A stretch of 64,000 bases of DNA, taken from a virus. The stretch lies in the IMG/VR virus record IMGVR_UViG_3300045988_122441; one strand, given 5' to 3'. Positions within the stretch are counted from its first letter, which is position 1; every line of letters starts with the position of its first letter. The notes under the pieces are model-generated. The model saw only the letters and a list, made by a program, of their open reading frames with translations. It did not search any database and was not told the DNA's origin. Shown one piece after another: positions 1 through 8,470 of the stretch. The position numbers were made by a program, and so were the translations under genes.

Positions 1-1
1 T

Positions 2-208
2 GATAGAAACTGGGAAAAAGGAATGCCATTTTCAAGATATGTTGATTCAGCAAAGCGTCACTTAGACAAATACATAATGGGTATGACAGACGAAGATCAT
101 TTAGCTGCTGCTGCATGGAACATTTTTGCAATCATGCATCATCAGGAGCTTGGACAGACGGAGTTGGATGATATGCCACATTATGATTGTAAATATGAAC
201 ATGAATAA
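2..208 (+). CDS. 3' part of a gene cut by the window edge; DUF5664 / dATP-dGTP diphosphohydrolase N-domain-like helical protein
   Basis: Frame is open from nt 2 (DRNWEKGMPFSRYVDSAKRHLDKY..DEDHLAAAAWNIFAIMHH). The SAxRHL..DHLAAAxWN pattern matches my memory of that family. Stop at 206-208. Confidence 0.4.
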   Translation, partial: DRNWEKGMPFSRYVDSAKRHLDKYIMGMTDEDHLAAAAWNIFAIMHHQELGQTELDDMPHYDCKYEHE

Positions 209-218
209 GGAGAAAAAT

Positions 219-860
219 ATGCAGAGAAAAGAAACAAACTATTACGACATCGATGTTGATATTGACGAAACACTCTTAAAAATGGGTCTGGTAGATGACA
301 TCTTCTACGTGAGAGACCTTAAACAGAGAAAGCTGTTTCTGACAGCTAATGTAGATCAGTTCTCCATAGGCGATATCACAAAACATATCATGCAGTACAA
401 CGCAGAGGATAAGGGAGTTCCGGTAGAACAGCGACAGCCGATTCTTCTGTACGTGGCGTCCAATGGGGGGGATGTCGATGCCGGTTTCGAGCTGATCGAT
501 GCCATCCTTGCAAGCAAAACGCCTGTTTACACTATCAATCTGGGCTACCAGTACAGCATGGGATTCTTAATTGGACTGGCAGGTCATAAGAGATACGCTA
601 CACAGAATGCGAAATTCCTTATGCATGATGGTTCAAATCTCATCTGGAATTCTGGAACAAAAGCACAGGATCAGATGGAATTCCAGAAACGTGTAGAGCA
701 GAGAATCAAACAGTATGTAATTGCACATAGCAACGTCACAAGTGAAGAGTATGACAGCAAATTACGTGTTGAATGGTATCTGTTTGCTGACGAAGCGAAG
801 GAGAAAGGATTCTGTGACCACATCTTAGGTGTGGATTGCGATATGGATGAAATTGTGTAG
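219..860 (+). CDS. ClpP-family serine protease
   Basis: AAGGAG at 207-212, then ATG at 219. ClpP-like core: ILLYVASNGGDVDAGFELIDAI..TINLGYQYSMGFLIGLAG..FLMHDG (Ser and His motifs present). The ORF-track start at 126 overlaps the previous gene and is unlikely. Confidence 0.8.
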   Translation: MQRKETNYYDIDVDIDETLLKMGLVDDIFYVRDLKQRKLFLTANVDQFSIGDITKHIMQYNAEDKGVPVEQRQPILLYVASNGGDVDAGFELIDAILASKTPVYTINLGYQYSMGFLIGLAGHKRYATQNAKFLMHDGSNLIWNSGTKAQDQMEFQKRVEQRIKQYVIAHSNVTSEEYDSKLRVEWYLFADEAKEKGFCDHILGVDCDMDEIV

Positions 861-872
861 GAGGCTTGACAT

Positions 873-1703
873 ATGGACAAGGAATATCTTGGATTTAAGG
901 AACTCGTGATTACAGGGGAAGAGGCTAATGACCTCTTCAACCCTGAGTCTGAGAATACGTTCGGATGCCTGCAGAACGAATATTTGATTGCATCTGACGA
1001 ACATGGAAGCGCCATCGGCAAATTCAAATGCGATGGACATAAAGTTGTGAAGATTCCGTATAAGGCTATCGAAACAAGATTCGCAGGAAAAGTAAAGCCT
1101 AGAAATCCGCAACAGGAACTTGCTATTGATATGCTTTATGACGAGAACACAACAGTCAAAATTATTGCAGGAAAGTTTGGCACTGGTAAGGACTTCTTAA
1201 TGTGCTCTGCGGCAATCGATCTGCTTGAACATGATAAATTTGAAAAGATTGTGTATGTCAGAAACAATATCGAAGTGAAAAATTCTAAGCCAATCGGTCA
1301 TTTACCGGGTTCTTATAATGAAAAACTCTTACCATTTGCGATGCCTTTAGCCGACCATCTGGGAGGAGTAGACGGTCTGGAACTGATGATTGGTCACGGA
1401 AAGATTGAAATCGTTCACTTAGGATTTATCAGAGGTAGAGACATTAAGAACTCAATCATTATTTGTTCCGAAGCAGAGAACATGACAAAGGAGCATATAC
1501 AGTTACTTCTCGGAAGAGTCGGAGAGGGTTCCTCATTATGGATCAACGGAGATTTTAAACAGTGTGATGCAGATGTATTCAGAGAGAATAGCGGTCTGAT
1601 GATTGCTGTTGATAAGCTGAAAGGTCATCCAAGATTCGGATATGTGAAGCTTCTCAAGACAGAGCGAAGTGAAACTGCTGCTATGGCAGATTTGCTTGAT
1701 TAG
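873..1703 (+). CDS. phoH: PhoH-like ATPase
   Basis: P-loop GKFGTGKD. PhoH-type C-terminal block: IEIVHLGFIRGRDIKNSIIICSEAENMT..LLGRVGEGSSLWINGD. Confidence 0.75.
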   Translation: MDKEYLGFKELVITGEEANDLFNPESENTFGCLQNEYLIASDEHGSAIGKFKCDGHKVVKIPYKAIETRFAGKVKPRNPQQELAIDMLYDENTTVKIIAGKFGTGKDFLMCSAAIDLLEHDKFEKIVYVRNNIEVKNSKPIGHLPGSYNEKLLPFAMPLADHLGGVDGLELMIGHGKIEIVHLGFIRGRDIKNSIIICSEAENMTKEHIQLLLGRVGEGSSLWINGDFKQCDADVFRENSGLMIAVDKLKGHPRFGYVKLLKTERSETAAMADLLD

Positions 1704-1714
1704 GAGGTAACTGA

Positions 1715-3937
1715 ATGATTGTAATGAAGAGAGATGGTCGAGAAGACCAATATACAAAAACAAAGATACATACGGCGATTTGTAAAGCGATCGTCGAAGT
1801 CAACGGAGCAGGGGATACTTCCCTTGCTACCGTTATCACAAACCGTCTGGACTCAAGATATCGTAAGAGAAAGAGAACAATTTCTGTGGAAGAAATCCAG
1901 GATGATATCGAAACAGAACTGATGAAAGAGCAGGCGTTTGAAGTAGCTAAAGCGTATGTGAGATACAGATACAAACACGAAATGAAGCGTAACGGCAATG
2001 GGATTGACAGAAAAATTCTCACAATCGTAGATGGTGTAAATGAGGAAGTAATACAGGAAAACTCCAATAAGAATCCAACAATCTTATCTACCCAGAGAGA
2101 TTATATCGCAGGAGAAATCAGTAAGGATATCACAAGAAACACATTGCTTCCAAAAGACATTCAGCACGCTCATGACGAAGGGATTATCCATTTCCATGAT
2201 TCGGATTATTTCGTACAAAGAATGCATAACTGTTGCCTTGTAAACCTCGGAGATATGCTTCAGAACGGTACAGTAATATCTGATACGCTGATTGAAAAAC
2301 CACACAGCTTTTCTACTGCTTGTAATGTCGCCACTCAGGTTGTAGCACAGATTGCTTCAAATCAGTATGGTGGTCAGAGTATTTCGTTATCACATCTTGC
2401 GCCTTTCGTAGATGTAAGTAGAAGAAAAATTCGTAAGGATGTAGAGGAAGAAATTGCAGCTTGCAACGGAGACGTAAACAGTATCAATTCTATTGTAGAA
2501 AAGAGACTGAGAGAGGAAATCAAGCGTGGCGTACAGACAATTCAGTACCAGGTACTGACATTGATGACAACGAATGGTCAGACCCCATTTATCACTGTCT
2601 TTATGTATCTTGGAGAAGTAGAAGATGAACGAACCAAAGCTGATTTGGCAATGATCATTGAAGAGGTTGTACGCCAGAGATATCAAGGTGTTAAGAATGA
2701 AAAAGGCGCGTGGATTACTCCTGCATTCCCGAAACTGATTTATGTCCTTGAGGAAGACAACATTCGTGAAGATAGCGAATACTTCTATCTGACAAAATTA
2801 TGTGCAAAGTGTTCTGTGAAACGTCTTGTACCGGATTATATCTCTGAAAAGATGATGTTGCAGAATAAGATTGATGCGAATGGCGATGGTCATTGTTTCC
2901 CATGTATGGGATGCAGAAGCTTCCTGACTCCTTATCTTGATGAGAACAGAAAGCCTAAATATTACGGAAGATTCAATCAGGGTGTTGTTACAATTAATCT
3001 TCCAGATGTAGGACTTTCTGCTGTGAAAAAGATGGAGGGAATCACTTACGTTAATGACGAGCAATATCAGAAACGTAAGGAAGAAATTTTCTGGGAAATC
3101 TTTGAAGAGAGATTGGAGCTGTGCCATAGAGCACTGCGTCTTCGCCACGAAAGATTGCTCGGAACACTGTCGGATGCTTCTCCAATCCATTGGCAGAATG
3201 GTGGACTTGCAAGATTAAAGAAAGGTGAGACCATCGATAAGCTCCTATATGGTGGCTATTCCACGTTATCTCTCGGATATGCCGGATTGTATGAATGTGT
3301 TAAGGCAATGACCGGAAAGAGTCATACAGACGACGAAGCAAAACCGTTTGCACTTGCTATTATGCAGAAGATGAATGATAAATGTGCAGAGTGGAAAGCA
3401 GCAGAAAACATTGATTATTCATTATATGGGACTCCGATTGAGTCTACTACATATAAGTTTGCTAAATGCCTCCAGAAGCGTTTTGGAGTGATTGAAGGAA
3501 TCACGGATAGAAACTACATCACAAATAGTTACCATGTTCATGTGACAGAAAAAATCAATGCATTTGACAAACTCAGATTTGAATCAGAATTTCAGCTGTT
3601 AAGTCCTGGAGGAGCTATTTCATACATTGAAACTGCGAATCTGAGCAATAATGTCGAAGCGGCAATAAAGGTTATCCAGTACATCTACGACCACATCATG
3701 TATGCAGAATTGAACACGAAGTCTGATTTCTGTCAGGAGTGTGGATATGATGGAGAAATCCAGATCGTAGAGAACGAGGATGGAAAATATATCTGGGAAT
3801 GCCCGAATTGCGGAAATAGAGACAGAGCTAAGATGAATATCGCAAGAAGAACATGCGGTTATATCGGAGTTAATGACTTCAATCAGGGACGTACACAGGA
3901 AATCAAAGAAAGATATGTGCATTTAGGCGGTGAATAA
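1715..3937 (+). CDS. nrdD: anaerobic ribonucleoside-triphosphate reductase (class III)
   Basis: AGGAGG at 1702-1707. N-terminal ATP-cone (VMKRDGREDQYTKTKI). C-terminal Zn site (CQECGYDG..CPNCG) and glycyl-radical tail (RTCGYIG..RYVHLG). 740 aa. Confidence 0.9.
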   Translation: MIVMKRDGREDQYTKTKIHTAICKAIVEVNGAGDTSLATVITNRLDSRYRKRKRTISVEEIQDDIETELMKEQAFEVAKAYVRYRYKHEMKRNGNGIDRKILTIVDGVNEEVIQENSNKNPTILSTQRDYIAGEISKDITRNTLLPKDIQHAHDEGIIHFHDSDYFVQRMHNCCLVNLGDMLQNGTVISDTLIEKPHSFSTACNVATQVVAQIASNQYGGQSISLSHLAPFVDVSRRKIRKDVEEEIAACNGDVNSINSIVEKRLREEIKRGVQTIQYQVLTLMTTNGQTPFITVFMYLGEVEDERTKADLAMIIEEVVRQRYQGVKNEKGAWITPAFPKLIYVLEEDNIREDSEYFYLTKLCAKCSVKRLVPDYISEKMMLQNKIDANGDGHCFPCMGCRSFLTPYLDENRKPKYYGRFNQGVVTINLPDVGLSAVKKMEGITYVNDEQYQKRKEEIFWEIFEERLELCHRALRLRHERLLGTLSDASPIHWQNGGLARLKKGETIDKLLYGGYSTLSLGYAGLYECVKAMTGKSHTDDEAKPFALAIMQKMNDKCAEWKAAENIDYSLYGTPIESTTYKFAKCLQKRFGVIEGITDRNYITNSYHVHVTEKINAFDKLRFESEFQLLSPGGAISYIETANLSNNVEAAIKVIQYIYDHIMYAELNTKSDFCQECGYDGEIQIVENEDGKYIWECPNCGNRDRAKMNIARRTCGYIGVNDFNQGRTQEIKERYVHLGGE

Positions 3938-3939
3938 AG

Positions 3940-4452
3940 ATGTATTACGGCAAGATAAGAGATTGTGATATTGCGAATGGAAAAGGTGTGAGAGTGAGCT
4001 TGTTTGTATCTGGATGCAGAAATCATTGTAAGAACTGCTTTCAGCCAGAAACATGGAATTTTGATTACGGAACTCCATATACAGAAGAAACCGAAGAGTA
4101 CATTATCCAGTTATTATCAAAGCCGTATATTCAAGGTCTGACAATACTCGGAGGGGAGCCGTTTGAGCCAGAAAATCAACGTGGTTTAATACGACTCCTC
4201 AAAAGAGTCAAATCTGATTGTCCAGAAAAAGATATATGGTGCTATACCGGATATACTCTTGAACAAGCATTAACAGATGGAGCTTCTTGCAGATGTGAGG
4301 TTACAGATACATTCCTTTCAATGATAGATACATTGGTAGATGGACGATTTGTAGAGAAATTAAAAGACATCTCTTTAGAGTTTAGAGGCTCTTCAAATCA
4401 GCGAATAATTAGCATGAAAGAATGGAGAGAGCAGCATGAGCAGAAAGAATGA
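3940..4452 (+). CDS. nrdG: anaerobic RNR activating radical-SAM protein
   Basis: CxxxCxxC cluster (GCRNHCKNCF). Sits immediately downstream of nrdD. GGEPF motif present. Confidence 0.85.
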   Translation: MYYGKIRDCDIANGKGVRVSLFVSGCRNHCKNCFQPETWNFDYGTPYTEETEEYIIQLLSKPYIQGLTILGGEPFEPENQRGLIRLLKRVKSDCPEKDIWCYTGYTLEQALTDGASCRCEVTDTFLSMIDTLVDGRFVEKLKDISLEFRGSSNQRIISMKEWREQHEQKE

Positions 4453-4663
4453 ACTGAAAAGATCAATCGCATGGCATAGCATTAAATATGTTTTGACAGC
4501 AATATTTATGGTGCTTAATCTTCTCGGAATACTGCATTGGTATTGGGTGTGGATATTTTTCCCGATCCTGTTATCGCTGGGGATAAAGATACTGATATTA
4601 GTTGTACTTAGTTTCTTTGTTTGCGTATTACCGAGATGGACTGAGAGGTGGACGGAAGAATGA
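4436..4663 (+). CDS. small membrane protein, unknown function
   Basis: 75-aa ORF with two hydrophobic helices (VLTAIFMVLNLLGILHWYWVWIFFPILLSLGIKILILVVLSFFV). Overlaps both neighbouring genes in operon style. Confidence 0.5.
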   Translation: MSRKNELKRSIAWHSIKYVLTAIFMVLNLLGILHWYWVWIFFPILLSLGIKILILVVLSFFVCVLPRWTERWTEE

Positions 4664-5088
4664 GAAGATTATTTATTATGAGAAAAGATTTACATATGTC
4701 TACAGGAAAACTGCTTGCACAGGTAATGCACTGTGCCGAAGCATACTGGACTTCAAAGATTCGTAAGGGTAATTTATACCGAACAAACGATGGACAGTAT
4801 ATGGCGCAAATGACAATGCCTGTTGAAGTGTATACAGACTATGTATGCGGATCATTCACAAAGACAGTGTGTGAGGCAAAGAATAAGAACCAGTTGCTTA
4901 AAGCAAAAGCCATTGCAGATGAGTTGGGTCTTGTGGAAGACATTGATTATGGGTGTATTTATGATAACTGCCTTACAGAGCTTGAGCCAGAAGAAGATAA
5001 CGGCACAACACTTACTGGCATTTGGTTTTGTCCGTTAGATGATGAGATTGCTCACAAGATCAGTAAAAAATATCAATTATATAAATAG
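4660..5088 (+). CDS. peptidyl-tRNA hydrolase, PTH2 family-like
   Basis: Signature RKDLHMSTGKLLAQVMHCAE matches the PTH2 DLxMxxGKxxAQxxHA motif. C-terminal D..TE..G..T..G..P block is also present. GAGGTGG lies about 9 nt upstream of ATG 4660. Confidence 0.6.
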   Translation: MRRLFIMRKDLHMSTGKLLAQVMHCAEAYWTSKIRKGNLYRTNDGQYMAQMTMPVEVYTDYVCGSFTKTVCEAKNKNQLLKAKAIADELGLVEDIDYGCIYDNCLTELEPEEDNGTTLTGIWFCPLDDEIAHKISKKYQLYK

Positions 5089-5099
5089 GAGAGAAAATA

Positions 5100-5555
5100 A
5101 TGACAACAGTAAATATGAATGTAAAGAAATTAAATAATGATTCCATCGTACCTACAAAAGGCTCTGAATATGCGGCAGGACTTGATTTATACGCATATAT
5201 CGAATCCGGTGCGGTTGATATCCCGGCAGGATCGACAGTAAAAATCGGAACAGGTGTTGCAGCAGAAATTCCAGTAGGATGTTTTGGCGGTGTATTTGCG
5301 AGAAGCGGACTTGCTACAAAACGAGGATTAAGACCATCTAACTGTGTAGGTGTAGTTGATTCTGATTATCGTGGAGAAATCATCGTTGCCGTACATAATG
5401 ATTCGGATAAGTGCGAAACAATTCATCATGGAGATCGTATTGCTCAGTTGGTTATCATGCCGTACATTAGTGTTAGCCTACAGGAAGTTGAAGAGTTATC
5501 TGATACGGAACGTGGAGCTGGCGGGTTTGGTAGCACAGGAGTTTCGCTGTCATAA
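5100..5555 (+). CDS. dut: dUTP diphosphatase
   Basis: All dUTPase motifs present: AAGLDLYA, ARSGLA, GVVDSDYRGEI, GDRIAQLV, RGAGGFGSTG. Confidence 0.9.
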   Translation: MTTVNMNVKKLNNDSIVPTKGSEYAAGLDLYAYIESGAVDIPAGSTVKIGTGVAAEIPVGCFGGVFARSGLATKRGLRPSNCVGVVDSDYRGEIIVAVHNDSDKCETIHHGDRIAQLVIMPYISVSLQEVEELSDTERGAGGFGSTGVSLS

Positions 5556-5560
5556 TGCAA

Positions 5561-5590
5561 AGAGGTGGGCGTAAGCCTGCCTCTATTTTA
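5561..5590 (+). terminator. hairpin plus U-rich tail after dut
   Basis: AGAGGTGGG-cgtaag-CCTGCCTCT forms a 9-bp stem with two G-U pairs in plus sense, followed by ATTTTAT. Near-duplicate of the hairpin at 7485-7515. Confidence 0.5.
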
Positions 5591-5608
5591 TAAGGAGATA
5601 TTATACAT

Positions 5609-5797
5609 ATGGAGAAAATATTGATGAGCCTCAAAGAGGTATGTGAGTACACAGGGTGGGGAGAAACAAAGGTCAGAGAGATACTGAAAAGACCTAATAG
5701 TACGTTTACAGTGATACTTGGAAATAGACTGTATGTTAATAAGAAGAAATTCGATGAATACTTAGATAGATGCGCGAAATACCATATCCCTGTGTAA
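5609..5797 (+). CDS. excisionase-like / MerR-type HTH DNA-binding protein
   Basis: 62 aa. LKEVCEYTGWGETKVREILKRP is an HTH_17/Xis-like motif. Lies directly upstream of the integrase. Confidence 0.55.
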   Translation: MEKILMSLKEVCEYTGWGETKVREILKRPNSTFTVILGNRLYVNKKKFDEYLDRCAKYHIPV

Positions 5798-5829
5798 AAG
5801 TTTGCAGTTGTATTTTTGCGTAAAATAGT

Positions 5830-5852
5830 GTAATGTATATGTGTAAGTTGAT
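5830..5852. repeat. left copy of a 23-bp inverted repeat bracketing int
   Basis: GTAATGTATATGTGTAAGTTGAT. Its reverse complement occurs at 7462-7484 with one mismatch. Confidence 0.8.
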
Positions 5853-5877
5853 GCTGTAGTCAATATAGAAAGGAATA

Positions 5878-7080
5878 TTGATTATGGGAAGAGACTTAAA
5901 TGGTAAAGAACTGGGCAGAGGATTTAGTCAGAGAAAGGACGGTAGATACGAAGCCAGAGCCGTTATATGCGGCACAAAAATAGATATTTATGACATGAAT
6001 CTAGCAAAGCTGAAAAAGGAATTTGAAGCTGAGAAAGCTAGAGTGTTACGAGACGAAAAGAATGTAAGACCTAACGTCACGTTTGGAGAGTGGTATCAGG
6101 AATGGTTTGAAAAGTGTAAATCACCTCAGTTAAAATCTGATGTAAGCAGAAAGACGTATGACAGAAAAGTAAGAAATACCTACTGTAAAATTCTCGGAGA
6201 GAAACGAATGGAAAATATCTCTCAGATGAATATGCAGGCTGCTACAACAGAGTTGATTGAGAAAGGATATACAGACCGTTCTGTAAGAGAAGCTCTCGGA
6301 ATTGTGAACGAATGTATGGAGATTGCTATTGTAAACCACATCATCAATGTAAATCCATGCGTAGGAATTAAAATCCAGAATGCAAACGAGCGTAAAGAAA
6401 GAAGAGTTATGAAGCAGTGGGAACAGGACTTATTCTTGAACGAGGTCAAGGATAGATATTACTACGAAGCGTACAAGATTCTTCTTCTAACTGGAATGAG
6501 AATCGGAGAGTTCTCTGGGTTGCAATGGCGAGATGTTGACTTCGAGAATAAAGTCATCAATATTAATAGATCCATGCAGACCGCATATATTGACGGAAGA
6601 AAGATCGAGGAACTTACTACACCGAAAACAGCCAACTCATACAGAGCAATCCCGTTCTTTGGAGAAACAGAAGCTTGTTTGAAGAGCTGGAAGAAGAAGC
6701 AGGACGAGTATAAGAAACGTCTGGGTGACAGATGGAGAGCAAGACCTGAGTTAGGCGATCTTGTTTTTACAAGCACTGTAGGCTCGCCTGTGACTCGATA
6801 TGTCATTGTACATGACATAGACAAAGTAGTCCAGAACATCAATCTCAAAGAGATGACAAAGGCATTCAGAGAGCACAGAGAGCCAGTGATGTTTGAACAC
6901 TTACATCCACATGCTTTTCGCCACACATTTGCAACACGTTGTTTTGAAAAAGGGCTTGACCCATTGTTTGTACAGAGTATAATGGGACATGCCAATTATG
7001 CAACTACGGTGTCATATACACATATATTAGACGATTTGCGTCAGAAAGAGGTGCAGAAGGTTGGTAACTTCTTAGAGTAA
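5878..7080 (+). CDS. int: tyrosine integrase (phage integrase family)
   Basis: Catalytic block LHPHAFRHTFATR..GHANYATTVSYTHI. The upstream R is in LLLTGMRIGEF. An alternative ATG start is at 5884. Confidence 0.9.
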   Translation: MIMGRDLNGKELGRGFSQRKDGRYEARAVICGTKIDIYDMNLAKLKKEFEAEKARVLRDEKNVRPNVTFGEWYQEWFEKCKSPQLKSDVSRKTYDRKVRNTYCKILGEKRMENISQMNMQAATTELIEKGYTDRSVREALGIVNECMEIAIVNHIINVNPCVGIKIQNANERKERRVMKQWEQDLFLNEVKDRYYYEAYKILLLTGMRIGEFSGLQWRDVDFENKVININRSMQTAYIDGRKIEELTTPKTANSYRAIPFFGETEACLKSWKKKQDEYKKRLGDRWRARPELGDLVFTSTVGSPVTRYVIVHDIDKVVQNINLKEMTKAFREHREPVMFEHLHPHAFRHTFATRCFEKGLDPLFVQSIMGHANYATTVSYTHILDDLRQKEVQKVGNFLE

Positions 7081-7085
7081 GAGAG

Positions 7086-7445
7086 TTGCGTAAACCTTAC
7101 ATTGCGTCGAGATTGAAGAATCCGCGATACAGTAAGCTCGAAAAGAGTTGCGTAAAAGTTGCGTAGATAGCAGAATTTAATCTCCGTAAGCCCTTGAAAT
7201 ACAAGGAGTTAAGAAAATACTTCGCAATTCAGATGGGAATGTAAGTACCTCAGCAAACTAAATCGTATAAGCCTTATAATTACTTGAAATTCAATGACTT
7301 GCAGAAGGCTTGTGTCTAATATGTGGTTTGAGTAACTATCATAAAGTATCGTATTTTAAGGAAAAATATCATATGGTTTTGCGTCAAAGTTGAGTAGCGA
7401 ATTGCGTAAGATAAATTTTGATTATCTTCAGCGAAGTTTACGCAA
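7086..7445. repeat. cluster of TTGCGTAAA-type 9-mers (candidate integrase arm-type sites / attP region)
   Basis: TTGCGTAAA at 7086 and 7148. TTGCGTAGA at 7159, TTGCGTCGA at 7102, TTGCGTCAA at 7379, TTGCGTAAG at 7402. Inverted copy at 7437-7445. One more copy at 5816-5824 upstream of int. Confidence 0.5.
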
Positions 7446-7461
7446 AATGATGGGTTACAGT

Positions 7462-7484
7462 ATCAATTTACACATATACATTAC
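7462..7484. repeat. right copy of the 23-bp inverted repeat
   Basis: ATCAATTTACACATATACATTAC is the reverse complement of 5830-5852 (22/23). Confidence 0.8.
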
Positions 7485-7515
7485 GGGGTGGGTGAAAGCC
7501 TGCCCCTTTCTTTTT
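7485..7515 (+). terminator. rho-independent terminator for the plus-strand block
   Basis: GGGGTGGG-tgaaag-CCTGCCCC (8-bp stem, two G-U pairs in plus sense), followed by TTTCTTTTT. Confidence 0.65.
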
Positions 7516-7555
7516 GAGAAAAAGAAGGCAGACTGGTAAATCAAACCAGTCTGCC
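7516..7555 (-). terminator. rho-independent terminator ending the minus-strand late array
   Basis: Perfect 11-bp stem GGCAGACTGGT / ACCAGTCTGCC (7527-7537 / 7545-7555), followed on the minus strand by TTCTTTTTCTC. Confidence 0.75.
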
Positions 7556-7589
7556 TATATTTATATACACACTCACAATTTGTTACATA

Positions 7590-7880
7590 TTACTTTTCTG
7601 CTCTTAACAGCGTCACGTCGATATCGGAAGTATCGGTATCAGCGTCTGTGTTAGTGTATGCAGTAGCGTCAATCGTATAGTCAACGACTCTTACGATAAT
7701 GAAGTCGCTTTTAGCATACCCCTCTTCATTGAGCATCTTTTCAACTCTTTTATCCAAAGCTTCTTTGGAACCGAGTTCAAGCGGAATTACCTCACCGTCA
7801 ATATTTGTTGTCAAATATTTATACAGCGTTTCGTAGTTATCACGCTTAGCCTGAGCAATCATAATTCTATACATTCTCAA
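7590..7880 (-). CDS. hypothetical protein
   Basis: 96-aa ORF, last gene of the minus-strand array. No motif recognised. Confidence 0.5.
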   Translation of the reverse strand: MRMYRIMIAQAKRDNYETLYKYLTTNIDGEVIPLELGSKEALDKRVEKMLNEEGYAKSDFIIVRVVDYTIDATAYTNTDADTDTSDIDVTLLRAEK

Positions 7881-7891
7881 GCACCTCCTGT

Positions 7892-8419
7892 TTAATGCTT
7901 TGTCTTAGCTTTTGCGTTCTTCACGTATGTAGCAGTACCGTCAAATTTGTGCTTATACTGTTCCGGCGGCTGTTTCGGCAATGCACGTATTTCGTCCATA
8001 AGACCTTCCACGAATGAGTTGCCATGCTCATGCTGATAGATTAAGAATCTACGCTCTAAGCATTCCATAGAGTAGTCATCAATCCAGCCCTGCTCATATA
8101 CAAAGAAATGATGACGTTCTGTTACATAAGCTTTGATACTTTCCTTGTCAGACTCAATCAGCATAGTAATACTATCATTGATCTTGTCTACAGAATCATT
8201 TGTATCTTCCTTAGCTTCCTTCAGCTCGTCTACATCTTCTTTAATCGTGTCAATCTCTTCTCGTTCGTCATGGTCTTTATCATAGTATTTGCGGACACGA
8301 TCACAAGCCCAGTCGATAAAAGACACTACTCCCTTAACAGCAAGACACAGAATTACTGTGTACATGATAATATCTGTGGGAGAATAGTTTGTAAGTAATT
8401 TTTCCATATTTCCCTCCAA
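7892..8419 (-). CDS. hypothetical N-terminally membrane-anchored protein
   Basis: 175 aa. One N-terminal TM helix (IIMYTVILCLAVKGVVSFI), then an acidic coiled region. Confidence 0.5.
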   Translation of the reverse strand: MEGNMEKLLTNYSPTDIIMYTVILCLAVKGVVSFIDWACDRVRKYYDKDHDEREEIDTIKEDVDELKEAKEDTNDSVDKINDSITMLIESDKESIKAYVTERHHFFVYEQGWIDDYSMECLERRFLIYQHEHGNSFVEGLMDEIRALPKQPPEQYKHKFDGTATYVKNAKAKTKH

Positions 8420-8470
8420 AAGTTACATGCCGGAAATATGCAAGGGCGGAATGACCCGCCCGAACATAGA

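Noticed and set aside
219-860. ClpP-like protein as the prohead maturation protease
   Set aside because: It is more than 40 kb from the head module, on the other strand, among metabolic genes. It cannot be excluded but is not supported by context.
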